From assembly GCA_964586815.1 (NCBI GenBank), contig CAZPIB010000002.1:1-49298 (forward strand): DNA of 49,298 nucleotides, in the 5' to 3' direction. The notes under the pieces were generated by a model. It was not told where the DNA came from. It did no database searches and saw only the letters and a program-made list of their open reading frames with translations. Origin of the DNA: an uncultured Candidatus Peribacteria bacterium (GTDB taxonomy: Bacteria; Patescibacteriota; Gracilibacteria; BD1-5; UBA6164). Positions 22,112 to 34,784 of this stretch are shown piece by piece (position 1 is the first letter of the stretch; each line of letters starts with the position of its first letter). Made by a program: the position numbers and the translations under genes.

Positions 22112-22591
22112 ATGGATCTTAATATAAGAAAGGCTATAATCAGAAGAGTTAAAAAATGAGGAAATCTTAAGGCTTCGTATGAAAAAATGATAACACAATC
22201 TAAATTTACTAAAGTTATTTATAGTGATTTTCTATTAGTAAGGGATCAATTTATGAAAAAAAAAGTTATAGATTGATATAAATGGTGTAATGTTTGTTGA
22301 TGCTCTCATCCTTATACATATGAGGTGTTTTGATATAATGGTTTTAATACAGATTGAAGTAGGAGATTACATTCAGTTTGTCTCAAGGCTAGATTACAAA
22401 TCAAGAAAAATATTATTATCATAAAAGATAAAAGATATGATTCTATGAAAAAATCTCAAAAGAAAAATAGGGAAAAAAATTGACATAAATGGCATAGGTT
22501 AAAGATTTCTGAAATGACTGAATCTGAACAAATTATTCAAAGGGAGAAATGGAGAAAATCTAGTAAAATTAAATATTTAAAGAAAAAGTAA
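22112..22591 (+). CDS. Basic protein with a Cys cluster (159 aa).
   Basis: It contains WCNVCGCSHP...HSVC and has a Lys/Arg-rich C-terminus. Confidence 0.5.
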
Positions 22592-22620
22592 AATTATTTT
22601 AATTTTTTAAATTATTTATT

Positions 22621-22911
22621 ATGTATATAAAATCATTAAGCCCATATCTTACTGTTTCTGAATTACTGCTACAGAAATTTTGAAACAAATATAAACAAAT
22701 CTTAATTTGATGTCAGTATCAACATTTAGCTGATTGTAAAATAGAAATTATTACATTTTTAAGAAGCAATGATTTAACTTTTTCTCAAATTGCCACTATA
22801 TTAAATAAAACTCATTCAACTATAATTTATACATATAACAAGCAAAAAGAGAATTTTTCATCAAAAGATTTAGAATATATCCATTCATTGGATAACAATG
22901 AAAAGATTTAA
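22621..22911 (+). CDS. HTH protein resembling DnaA domain IV (96 aa).
   Basis: LTFSQIATILNKTHSTIIYTYNK is comparable to the DnaA C-terminal R-D-H-T-T-V motif region. Confidence 0.4.
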
Positions 22912-22946
22912 TACAAAATGAAAATATATTTTATAATAATCTTATT

Positions 22947-23357
22947 ATGTTTAAATGGGAGGAAATTAGTTATTTTAAACTAAAAGGGAACTATAAAAAA
23001 TGAAGAATTGAATCTCAATTCCAGTCTGAATTATTATGAAAAATGAGATGAATGTGAAATATTTGTCATCATATTGCAGATATTTGATTGTGAAATAAAT
23101 TCTTAGATTTATTTTTTGTAACAAAAAAATGATTATGTTTATTTATTGAATTAAAGCAAATTCCTTGAAGTACTTTTAATGTTAAAAATTTTGAAGAGGA
23201 TCAAGTTATTCTTTTAAGAGAAATGGACAAAAGAAATCCAGAATTAGCTAGAGTGTGAATATTTTCAGTTAAACATAATACTTACAAAATATTAACATTT
23301 TCTGAAATCTGGAGAGCTCAAAATGAAAAAGGTTGAGTAAAAATTTTTAATAAATAA
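22947..23357 (+). CDS. PD-(D/E)XK nuclease, VRR-NUC or Holliday-junction-resolvase-like (136 aa).
   Basis: ESQFQ...NKFLDLFFVTKKGLCLFIELKQ fits the E...D...E-x-K pattern. Confidence 0.5.
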
Positions 23358-23367
23358 TTCATTTAAT

Positions 23368-23664
23368 ATGAAAATAACAGAAAATCTACCAGAAAATTTT
23401 ATAGGACAATTGGAGTTTATTTCAATTGAATGAGACAAGCCTATATGAAAATTCCAAATAAAAGAACCAGTTAAAAATATTCCTATCTTTGTTTTTCTTT
23501 TTCAATTGTTATGAGATTTATACAAAGATGAGAAAGATGTAAACATAGAAGCAGTTATTGATTTAATTGCTACACATAGAGAGGCTACTTGAAAAGAAGA
23601 ATCAGATAAAAAGATTGAGGAGATTTTTGGGAAAGAATTTACAATTAAATTAATGAATACATAA
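23368..23664 (+). CDS. Hypothetical protein (98 aa), the last plus-strand gene.
   Basis: The ORF is open with TGA=Gly and has a TAA stop. Confidence 0.5.
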
Positions 23665-23760
23665 TGACTCTACATAGCCAAACTTATACATAAAACTTAG
23701 TATATTGACCACAGTAAGGTTTTAAAAAGTTTAAAGGTGGGTTATATCCTAAAAACAAAA

Positions 23761-23786
23761 AGAAAGAGAGTAATTACTCTCTTTCT
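23761..23786. terminator. Bidirectional intrinsic terminator with a perfect 13-bp inverted repeat.
   Basis: agaaagagagtaa/ttactctctttct is flanked by an A-run on one side and a T-run on the other. It lies exactly where the two convergent modules meet. Confidence 0.8.
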
Positions 23787-24020
23787 TTTATTTCAGAACA
23801 TATATTGCATTAACTTGGTCTCAAGTTGTTCTTTTTTCTCTAAAGTGTCATTTTAATTTTAATTCTATTTCCATACTCTTTCTCCTTTCAGTATAATCTG
23901 GAACTTCATAATTTCATCAATCTCAATCTGCTATATATTTTGTGGCAGATAAGCAAAGATAATTTAATCAATTAGCTAATTTTTCATCACTTAATAAATG
24001 CTCTGTAATATCTTTCTCAA

Positions 24021-27000
24021 TTATATTACTTTGTCAAGAAGTGTGTTCAAGCTCACTTGTTTTAGATCCAATGGAGTTAATTTTTGTGGAGTTAATTTTA
24101 CTGGATTCACTAGATTTCAACTTATCTTTTTCCTTAATGTATTTTTCAGGGAAGATGTTTTCTGTTTTCATATATTGTTTAATTTATTGTTATTTTTTTG
24201 TTCAAGTATAGTTTTTTTAAGATTATTCTCAAGAGGCTTTCCTTTACCAACACTCCCTTCCTCTGTTTTTATTGTTCATGTGTCTTCTGTTCTTATAACT
24301 CATCATCTATTCATAACTGCAATATTATATAATTTTGCAATCTCTGGGAACTTTTGTATTGCTGCTCTTATATATTTTCTATTTTTAGAAAGACCTGTTA
24401 AAATTAAATTTTCTCAAAGAGAGTCAATAATTTGTTGTTTTAATGGTCAATCTTTTTTAAATATTTTTATAGATTGATTTATCCCATCTAATTTATCAAA
24501 AGTAGTTCTTCTCCTTTGTTGTTGATAATTAACAGTTCCTTTCGATAATTCTTCTGCGTATCTTCTAATATAATTAGCATAAGATGTAGCTAGTAGTTTT
24601 CAATTATGATTTTTATTTAGTATTGCAGAAATAAATACTCGATTTGATTTTTGGACTTTCTCATTTCAAGTGTTATTTCAATACCATAATACTTGTGACA
24701 TAAACTCATGATATAATTTTGGTTGCTTTTTATTTAAATCTCTAAGAGTTTTATTGAAATCTCACTTGAAGAAATCTCATCTATCAACAGTATTGAAATT
24801 CCTTAGAATTAAAGCAAGTGATCTTAATCTTGTATCGTTACTTTTACTATTCGCAATTAGTTTATCACTTAAATCAGTTTTATAGTCTAACATTAATTGA
24901 TTTCATTTATTTTCTCATAAAGCATTGTCTATCCAAGTTTTGAAATCCATAACCTCATTCTCTCTTTTGACAATTCTATTAGAAATATTTAACGCTTCAT
25001 TTCTAAATTTCTGCGTTCTGGCTCTATGGGTTAAATCTGTTATCTCCTTAATAAACCTATATTCTCTTGCAATACTAGTTATACTCTTCATTAAATCTCA
25101 AAAAAAACCTTGACTTTCAGATGGAATTTCATCTCTTAAGTCATTCATTTTCTTGAATAATCCTTTTGATTCAGAAGCAGCTGGATTAATTCATAAAGGG
25201 TATCAGAGCCAACTAGTTGGCGTAGTATCTTGATATAAAAATCATCAATCTCTACTATAATGCGTTTGGTAATCTCATAAAGAATTTTTAATTGCTCTAA
25301 GTCAGAAATTTCATCACCTAGCTAGACCTTTAGCTAATTTTTCCAATGCTTCTATTTTAGCTTCTGGTGTTTCCATTGCTACAATAGAGTTCATATTTAA
25401 TAATAGCTCAGCGACCATATTAGAAAGAATATTTAGACCTATTGTAAGAGCTGGTGTTGCTGCCATCCTTTTGAAATATGCTGTCATATCTGAAGCAAAT
25501 GTATATCTCACATAATCATTTTGTTCTTCTTCTGTATCAAATACTTTTGAAATTAATATTGCAGCTAAATAAATTGCATAAGTCTTTCAGATTAAAGTAG
25601 TTGTATTTTCAATAGCTCTATTTTTATCCATCCCTACATTTGCTCTAGCACCTGTTGCAATTTTTTTAGATTTTTCATTCTTTTTTGTTAAGAATTGATG
25701 TAATACATCAATATTATCAGAAATTGTATTTTTAATTTCAGAAGTATTTGCTCTATTAAAAGATTTTACCATATTAAATAAATATTGGTCAAAAATTCTA
25801 TTAGTTGCTGAAGATAGTCTAGTATTATTTTCAATTGTAGTTACTTGTCTTGTTAATTCTCATCTAATATTTATCGCATCTGCTTTATCCATCCCTTTTA
25901 AAGAAGCTTCAAAATCCTTAACTATATTTCAAGTTTTCTTTATTTTTCATCAGAATTTTTTAATTACTGCTCACATATAACTCATTCAGACTGCAGTTTG
26001 TAATTGTGGAACTAATGTTGCAGAAAAATATCTTAAACCTTTATTAGTTGCATCGTTTACATTTAATACCAATTTTTTCCCTACCGAGGAATTTCATCTC
26101 AAACTCATATCTGGATTATAATCTTTATGAGCCAATATTCATTGATCAAATAAATAATCCCTTACTTTAGTATTTTGAGAAAACATTTTTCATAAAGTAG
26201 ATACTCATCAGCCTTTTCAAGTAGCAAAATTAGTAGCAATTTTTGTCCCAACTCATACAGTTGCATATTGAAGATTTTGAAATATCATTTTAATATTTCA
26301 GATATATAATAAAGCAGAAAGTGTTTTATTTGTTAATCAAGGATTTAAATCAATATCATCAACTTGAGTTATTCCTAATATTCTTTTTGTGATATAGTTA
26401 TCATCTCATTTTAATATGTGAGTTAGAAATTCTCTTACAGAAGAACTTTTAGATTTAGCTTCCTCAATTACACTTAAAATTTCTTTTTGTTCCTTTAATA
26501 AAGATAATTCATTAGCATAACTTTTCATTATATCTAATGGATTTTGAGAATGCAAATACCATACATTTTTTTTATTTTTAAGAATTGCTGACCTTTGTTC
26601 TGGAGTTCAAAATTCTCAATCCCTTAAATCTTGTATTTGTATGTTTTCAAAATTTTTATCAAATAAATCAGACTCTATATCTTTCCCTAATTTTTTTTGT
26701 GTCCTTATATATGCTTGAATTTTCTCATTTGTTATAAATCAATGAGAATAATTTTCTTTCAAAAACTTAATTAATCAATCACTTTGTTCTAATTCTCATA
26801 TTTCTTTGAAGGCTCTTTTTAATTGAGTATCTGCCTTTATTTGACCATACTTATTAAATACTTCATTTACATAAGAGTGTAATTCTTTTGGTAATTGTGA
26901 AATTGTTTTTCTTTGGATAACATCAATTTCAGCATCTGATAAAATTCTTTTTTCAGCTTTTTCTATCTTTTTAACTTTATTTTGGATTTCTCATCAAATA

Positions 27001-28997
27001 AACTCAAAAATAACTCTATTTTTAGTAGTGTTTCTTCATTTGTCTGAACTTGATTTTACATATAAGTCATTATCTTTAATTCTAATAGAATCTCTCCTCA
27101 TTACATCTTCTATATTGTTTCAAGAAATAATTTTTTTATAATTATTTTTCACATATTTATATCATTTATTTATTCCATCAGTGTTTGCATCTTCTAATTT
27201 TCTTAATTCATAAAATCCTAATTGCTTTAAAATATCCCTTCAATGTTTTCTATTATTTGCAGTTATTCAATTTATTTTATCTGATAATGTAGATACATTT
27301 CACTCTTTATCTGTAAATTTAACATTATCTAATAATCATTTTATACTATCCCATAAAAAAGTTCAAGCTTTCCCAGTAAAATTCCTGTAAGTTTTTTCTT
27401 TAATTGGATTAAGATGTACTATTTCTCATTGTGTAAGTGGATCTTTTATCTCAACTTTTTTTTCAACTTTTCATTCCTCTATAAAATCTGGTTTATTCTT
27501 CTTCATTTGAGTTTCTAGAGAATTATCTTCATTTGTTAATTTTTTATCAACTTTTGAGGTATGGGATTTTTTAGCTCATAAAGCTTGTCCTTTTTTTGTT
27601 GGAACAAAAGATTTTCTTCCATCGTGGACTGTTTCTTTTTTTAATCTTGCTTGTACTAGTTCTTTATTTATATCTTCTTTTATATCTAATTGATTTTGAT
27701 AATCTTTTTTTGTAGCCTTTTTTCAAGAAATTAGATCTGGATGTATTCCTTTATTATTTCTTTTTCAATCTTGGATTTCATTTTCAATTAAAATATTCAT
27801 TCTATTGTATTTGTCTATTCATCTATTGTGAGATGTTACCCTTTTGATAGCTTTTTCATTTAATCAAATTTCTTTTGATAAGTCAATTTTTTTATTAGGG
27901 AATTTTTTTATTCTAGTATAAATATCTGGTTTTTTCAATTTCAATGCTCAGTCTTTTTCTGCTTGAGCCTTTCATTTAAGTGATTTAATAGTTCATTTTC
28001 ATCATATTAAAGAAGTTGCAGCTAAAGTAAAAGCATCTTTAAATTCAGCTGTTTCAGGCATATCTTTCCCTTCTTCTTGGAATATTTTTGCTGCAGTCAT
28101 TATTGCAAAATCTGGAATAGTCATTTCTAAAGAACCTTGTACAAAATCTGATACTTTTGCTTTAGTACTTCTTGAATCAATTTTACTAGATGTTTTTTTT
28201 CTTTTTAATGTGTTTGCTATGGAAGTTTTTAATGATGCAGTTTTTGCACCTTTTGGAACTTTAACTCAATATCTAGAAATTAATCATTTTCCAGAACCTT
28301 TCATAGTTCTTATTCATCTAATCATAAATAGTCCTGCTACTGCACTCATTGCAGAGTCAGTTCTACTTTCTGCTTTTTCTCTACTCATTCATTTTGACAT
28401 AAGTAAATTTACAGTTCAATTAGTAACAAAAGAAACTCAATCTTCTAGTTTTTTATCTGTTCAAGTCATATTTAAGGCTGAGCTTACTGTTTGAATCATT
28501 GGTGCAGCTAAAACAGTTAATCCTTGTAATCCCACAGAAAGAGTAGATTGGATTAATCCATCTGCTAATGTAATTTTTCAACTATCTACTTTATCCTTAA
28601 TTCTTACAACCTTTTTTCTGACTTCTTCTGGTCAAGAAATTAATCCTCAAGCAGCTCTAGTAATATCAGATGCATAATGAATTGGATTACGCTTAGATGT
28701 GCTAGCTTTTGCTTTAGTTCATATTTCTGTAAGCTTGTTCCCAGCTAATCCTATTCCTTTACTTATTGATTTAATTGGAGATTTTTTAAATGTTTGTATA
28801 TTTTTATGTATTCTTTTTCATTTATTAGTTTTTGCAAAGTCTGCCTCAGTTTTTCTTATAGTAGAAATTGCTGATTTAGCAGTATCTTTTAATGAATTGA
28901 GAAATCATTTCTTTTTTTTATTGCTTAAAAGACTAGATTTTACACTAGCCTTTAAGTTTGTTTGATTTGTGCTTCATTTTCAAATTAAATTTGCCAT
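24021..28997 (-). CDS. Giant protein of 1658 aa with unknown function. It is the last gene of the late operon and a candidate internal-virion, ejection or tape-measure-like protein.
   Basis: All 1659 codons were hand-scanned and contain no in-frame TAA or TAG but dozens of TGA. The two track ORFs 25314-25511 and 25587-25772 lie in this frame. Hydrophobic helices lie near the N-terminus. Confidence 0.75.
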
Positions 28998-29014
28998 ATT
29001 TATAGTTTTAAAAA

Positions 29015-31018
29015 TTAATATGAAGTTGTTGGATATGAAGATTGATACACTGGTCTTTGTGCATCTGGCTGATCATTTGCTTTAGTTAAAATTGTGCGTC
29101 ATTCATTTCTCATCCATGTTTGCCAAGCTAAATAATCTTCATGACTATATCAATCTGGATTTATACCATTGGCTAGTAATATGTTTATTTGAGCGGCTCT
29201 TAATCCAGTTTTTTTAGTTCAACTTCAAGAACTTCTTGGAGTGGCTCTTAATATTGCAACTTTATGCTCTAATTGTCTTTGTAGTTCAGCAGCTTTTTCA
29301 ACATCTGCAACTGCTTTATATAATTCAGAATTTTCATTTCCTAAATCTGCAATCATTTCTTTTAATGCTTCAACTGAATTTAAATTATCAAGATATTTCT
29401 CCATAACCACTTGAGCAGTTCCACTTATTCCAAGTTGAGTAATAAATTTTGAAACTGTATTTATAACTTCAGCTTTATTGTTATCTTTATCTTGAATATT
29501 TGCTCTTGCAATTTTAAAGGTATTTGTAATAAAATTATCTTTAAAGGCTCTAATATTAGTTTGTGTTAATTGTCTTGTTTTTTCAATAGCTATATTAAAT
29601 TCATTTTCATTTAATATTCATTCTTTTTGTAATCCTAATAATACTTTTTCAGATTCTTGCCCAACTTCTAATATTTTATTTTCCATATCAGTTGTTGCTT
29701 CATTTATTTTTTCTAATGCTTGACTTCATAGTTCTCCACTCATTGCAAGTAATTGTTCTGGTGGAATGTTTCCTATATTAATTCATCTCCTAGCTAACAG
29801 CGCTCTAATTCTACCAGTAATTTTATTCAATTCAGTAGTTTTAGTTCTTTCTAATGCTTTTAATGAAGCTTCTCTCATTTCTTCTAATAAGATCTTGTTT
29901 CTTTTTATGGATTCAGATAAAAAAGATTGCATTCTCTCTTCGTTATTTCATAGAACCATTAAAGTTCTATTATAATTTTCATTTGCTTTCATTATTTTAT
30001 CTTCCATTGTTTCTTTTTCTATATCTATTTGTTTTTTATTTAAATCTTCTACCTTTTTTTCTTTGGTTATAATTGTAGAATCAAGAGTGTTTGTTCAATC
30101 TTGAAATGGATTATCCTTAAGGAATCATTTTGCTTTTATATATTCTTTTGAGTCTTTTCAAAATTTTGCTTCTACTCTAGATAGTAAATCTGAATCAGTT
30201 TTCCCAGACAATCTTAATTCTTGTAATTTATCAATATGTTTTTTATTTTGTTCCTGAGCTGTTAATCTTTTTACAGGCTTAACTCTTTTAAATGTATTCT
30301 TTTTAGTTTGATTGGCTATTGTATTCTTTTCTATTGTATTTTTTTCTACCTTTTTTGAAGGAATATTGTTGTTTTCTCTAATTTTTCTTCTAAGTAAAAT
30401 ATTTTGTCTAGCAGTTCAAGTATAGTTTTTTATTCAATGTTTTTTAGCAGCTCACATTCTTTCTGGACTATTCCATTTTTTTGAAAAAATAACTTTTTCA
30501 TTAATTTTTGGTTTATTCCTTTTAAAATCATTTTCTATGTTTCTTTTATTTGAAGTTGTATTGTTTTCTCTGACTCTCTTAACTTCAAGCTTTTCATTTT
30601 TTTGAACATATGCTCTAATTTTTCTAACTTGTGGACTATTTGCCCCATATTTCCTCGCTGCAATATTAATAATATTTTTTCAGATATTAAATTTTTTAAC
30701 TGCTGCTGTGTTGTTTTTGATTCTATCAATTCCAGCTCTAACTCTAGATTTTACTCTAGATCTAAATGTATTTGTTTGAGTAGGTCTTGAGCTAGTAGGT
30801 CTTGAGCTAGTAGGTCTTGAGCTAGATGGTCTTGAGCTAGATGGTCTTGAGCTAGATGGTCTTGAGCTAGATGGTCTTGAACGAGATGGCATATATCCCC
30901 CTCTTCTTAATGCTGCACGAAGTTTTCTCTTAGCAGTTTTACTTCAATGAGAAGCTTTTATTTTTTTAAAAGCTGCTCTAACTCTAGTTTTTTGTGAATT
31001 AGATAATTTTTTAACCAT
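29015..31018 (-). CDS. Large basic, coiled-coil protein (667 aa) with unknown function, probably virion-associated.
   Basis: The frame was hand-scanned and is open. It contains track ORFs 29225-29410 and 30680-30892 and an (SRP[ST]SS)x6 repeat near the N-terminus. Confidence 0.7.
30780..30889. repeat. An 18-bp coding tandem repeat of about six units, encoding SRPSSS/SRPTSS.
   Basis: The unit ggtcttgagctag(a/t)(t/a)g is reiterated. Confidence 0.85.
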
Positions 31019-31163
31019 AATATTTAAAATAAAAAAATAAATATATTACATTATATAATATATTAAAATATTATCTATTTGCAAATATAAAATAGAAATA
31101 TCACCCCTGAGTATGATAAAATAATTAGAAATAATTATTAATCATAAATAAAAAGTATTTATA

Positions 31164-31191
31164 AATAAAAAAAGCCCTATTTATAAGGCTT
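31164..31191 (-). terminator. Weak intrinsic terminator after the methyltransferase gene.
   Basis: On the minus strand AAGCC-10 nt-GGCTT is followed by T8. The stem is only 5 bp. Confidence 0.4.
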
Positions 31192-33373
31192 ATTTAAGTA
31201 AATTATCAAATATAGCTTTTACTACAGGTACACTTACTGCATTACCTGCTTGTTTATATGCTTGTGAATTACTCATAAATTCAGTAGACCAGTTATCAGG
31301 GAAGCCCTGTAATCTTGCACACTCTACAGGTGTTAATTTTCTTATTATAAAATCGTCTAAAACTACCCCGTCTACTCCTGCTACTGTTAAAGTTCCACTT
31401 ATTCACTCTTTAATTCTGCTTCTTTTTGTTATACTTTTTGGATTATCTAAAATAACACCGTCCCCTATTTTAGCCTCAGCATATCATTTTTTAGTCCCAT
31501 TGTTTAATTTTATAAATTCATATATCTTTGGTCTATTTCAACCATCTCCAGCTGTTAGAGTTGGTACTAATCAATCCATACCAATAAAAATATTATCCTG
31601 ACTAAAATTACAAAAACTAGGATCCTTTAAATTTACTTGTAGTTTTATTTGTTTGGAATCTCTTGGAGTTATTTTATTATAAATTCTTTTTAAACTATCA
31701 AAACTTAATTTTTTATATTGTTCTTCGGTCATAAAAAATTTACTATCTACTTCTTTTTCTAAAATATCTTTTAAGAAAATATTTAATTCTTTACCTTCTG
31801 GGAAGTTGAAATAATCTAAAGTTCCCACACCTAATTTTCAAACTATAAAAACCCTTTGTCTATTTTGTGGCAATCAAAAATCTTTTGTATTTAAAACTTG
31901 AAATTTTACATCATAACCAGCATCTTTTATTCTATCTAAAATACTTTCAAAAAATCATTTGAATTTTTTATTTAAAAGCCCTTTTACATTTTCAAAAATA
32001 AAATATTGTGGTTGTTTTGTTTCTAAAATCTGTAATAAATATTCAACTAGTATAGTTCTTCAACCTTCCTTTAGGTTTTGTTTTCACGCTACACTAACAT
32101 CCTGACAATTATGTACAATGCAATTGTTTGCTGTGTAAGAATTATCATTTTCAACTTCTATATTATAAACAGTATTTGTTTCTTCTAAATATTCTTTTGA
32201 TTTAAAAGGTAGCCACATATATCAATTTATATTAATTCAATTGTCTTGTGTTTTTTTTTCGAACTTAATATCTAATGAATAAGTATCCCTCTGGTTAACT
32301 TCTCTTCATTCAATAATTGTTTTAGGTTTTCTTTTTGTATAATATACAGATGTAGGAGTTCAATATACTTTATGAACTAATTGTTGTATTCATAATATAA
32401 GTTTTTTTGATACAGATGAAACACGGTAATATCACTTATCCTTATAATAGTGTCAATCTCAGTCTATATATCATATTAATAATTGCTCTAAGTATTCTTT
32501 ATTTAATCACATTATTGATGTTGGTATAAATTTTCAATAACTGTATTTTCAAAATTGTTCCATATACTCCACAAATTCTTTATTTGCAATATAATATTTT
32601 AAAACAGTTCTGTCATCTACTTTTGAATAATTAAATAATCACTCTAGTAATTCTTCTACTTCTTTGTATTGATTTTTATTACAACACAATACTACTCTGT
32701 GTGATTTACGCTGTATATTTGGTCATCTACTATAACTACCCCACCATCCATCTGCTAGAAGCCTTCAAACTAATTTGTAAAATTTTAAACTTTTATCAGA
32801 ACATTCTGTAAGATCATCTTGAATGTTAAATCATATAAAATCTCATTTATTTAAATCTTCTACATTTTTCCACTTCGGTTCACTAAAAACTCTTTCATAT
32901 TTTCTAATTGAATTATTCCACTTTTTAGTCATTTCCCTTACATAATATGGATGCTCATTTGTTACAAAAGTTTCTAATGCTCCCTGTATTTTAACATTAT
33001 AAATTCATTTTTTATTTGGAGTTACAAAATGCCTTAATACTTTTTGATATTTATTTGTGTGTGTTAATACATAATCTCAAACTTCCATATTTTTAATATC
33101 TTTATATCACTTTTGTGTTAATACCATTGTTCATTCTTTAAAACAAGGAAATCCACCAGTTAATAAATCAAAATCAGGTAAATTTTCTATATCTATTTTT
33201 GTTATATCTCATAAATCAGGACTAGTTGCAAAATGTTCTTTATAAACTATTTTAGCAAATTTATCTATTTCGCTAAAGCCTATACATTCAATATTTTCTT
33301 TACCTATACTTTTCTCTAAGGCTAAATGAAAACCACCTATACCAGAAAAGGTATCTAAAAATTTCATAATCAT
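31190..33373 (-). CDS. DNA (cytosine-5) methyltransferase. The precursor is 727 aa and is interrupted by an intein at the catalytic Cys.
   Basis: The frame was hand-scanned and is open. Motif I is FLDTFSGIGGFHLAL. Motif IV is split as LLTGGFP / CQDVSVAGKQ. Further motifs are ENVKGL, QNRQRVFIVG, RKLTPVECARLQGFPDNW and AGNAVSVPV. Confidence 0.85.
32108..33145 (-). mobile_element. Intein of 346 aa with a LAGLIDADG homing endonuclease, inserted between Pro and the catalytic Cys of methyltransferase motif IV.
   Basis: The N-terminus is CFKEGTMVLT and block B is VTNEHPYYV. The LAGLIDADG motifs are LVGRLLADGWWG and LLIGYIDGDGHY. The C-terminus is TANNCIVHN followed by Cys. Confidence 0.8.
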
Positions 33374-33477
33374 TTTATAAAAAGTTAAATTTGAATTATA
33401 CAATTGTTTTTAATCTGATACTAATCATTTTAACTGGTTACAATCTGTAACCGTTTGATTTGACTTTTTTTTATAAA

Positions 33478-34002
33478 TTAAATTCTAAGATTATTTTTAT
33501 ATCTTTTAACTCTATCAAATAAGTAAACATAATCTACTGCTATTCATTTGTTCCATTGTTTGTCTTTAGGTATCTCCATACCTAAGTGAGACAAAGCATA
33601 TCAGTAAGCAAAGGTTTCTGCACCATACTCCATAGGCTGAGTAGAAGAATAATCTGAAACAAAGCCTTTTTCATTTAATCTTTCAAACATTTCTTTTTGA
33701 GTTTCTAGCTCATTTTCATTCATATGTAAATGTTGAATAAAATGAAAGAACTCGTGTAGGCAAGTTTTCATAACTCTATTATAATTATGTCTTTGCAATA
33801 ATGTGTTGGTTATGATTATCTGGTTATGCTTAGCTCAAGGAGTTATTCCTACAATATTAGCTATTCATAGTGTTCTATTACCGCTATCCACCCTGTAGAC
33901 AACTCTTATACCATTAATAGAACTAGGGTATTTATATACCTTTCCTTCTATTCTTACATTTCTATCCTCACCAATTTCAAATAGTTCTTTTAAAGTTTCC
34001 AT
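33478..34002 (-). CDS. HExxH zinc metallopeptidase-like protein (174 aa).
   Basis: The motif is CLHEFFHFIQH. The ORF contains track ORF 33601-33798. Confidence 0.55.
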
Positions 34003-34021
34003 AATTATTTTTTATTATATA

Positions 34022-34522
34022 TTATATTTTTCTATTAACAATTATTTCTATACAAGCCACAGCTTCATCAGCTGTACCAGTTCTAATTGTTTTTATTAAA
34101 TTAGTTGGATTATTAATAACTGATTGACCAGCTATTTTTCTATATTTACCTGTTTGTTTATAGGGTTTTTGATTACATTGAAAATGAGGTAAATCTCTAC
34201 CCCATAAATCATACCCCCAATCTATTCAATAAGAGTTAGCTATTTTTCATATCTCTTTCCAGAGTTTTAAATTATTAGGATATAGAGTTTTTCATTTAAA
34301 AGCTATATCAAAAGCTAATCCCTTAGTATGCATTGAATTTCTAGTCCAGGTTATTATAGAACCTGGTCTAGTTCTTCATTGAGTGAAGAGAAAGTTCTGT
34401 CTTGCTTGACTTCTATAAGCTTCTGTAATGAAAATTCTATCTCAAGTTTCTTTTAAAAAATCAATAACTTTAAGCCTAAAATTAGACTCTAAATTATTGA
34501 TATTTCTGTCTGCTTTTTTCAT
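34022..34522 (-). CDS. Peptidase M15 (VanY / L-Ala-D-Glu endopeptidase type) cell-wall hydrolase (166 aa).
   Basis: The motifs are ITEAYRSQARQ, SMHTKGLAFD, YGIDWGYDLWG and DLPHF. Confidence 0.75.
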
Positions 34523-34525
34523 AAT

Positions 34526-34669
34526 TTACTTATTATTAATATAATCTTTTAGAATTTTAATTACTAAAGATGATAATGTTCTTTCATCTTTAATAGCTAA
34601 ATTAATAAGTTTCTTTTTTAATTCTTTGTCTATAAATATTCATAGATGGGTCTTTATTATTTTCATCAT
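34526..34669 (-). CDS. Ribbon-helix-helix protein (47 aa).
   Basis: LGIFIDKELKKKLINLAIKDERTLSSLVIKILKDYI has the RHH pattern. Confidence 0.5.
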
Positions 34670-34784
34670 TCTATATGTGTTTTACAAAATTAAATATTTC
34701 TTCATATTCTCTTTTATTTCAGGAACTGTTTTAAACAGTTCTATTAGTTTTTCTTTATTTGTTTGCATAATTATTAGTTAAATA

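Noticed and set aside
23787-24020. Possible additional small minus-strand genes between the giant ORF stop and the convergent terminator.
   Set aside because: Only ORFs of 14-27 codons are present, without the usual start context or any motif.
23998-24477. Standard-code ORFs in the supplied track that lie antisense to the genes called here: 23998-24477 (+), 28210-28494 (+), 28699-28965 (+), 39183-39485 (+), 40725-41123 (+), 42243-42476 (+), 45617-46069 (+), 618-872 (-), 9578-9838 (-), 10815-11009 (-), 12254-12717 (-) and 14937-15134 (-).
   Set aside because: Their translations are low-complexity (Phe/Leu/Ile/Ser/Cys-rich) with no motifs. Each overlaps, on the opposite strand or in another frame, a long table-25 ORF that carries clear conserved motifs.
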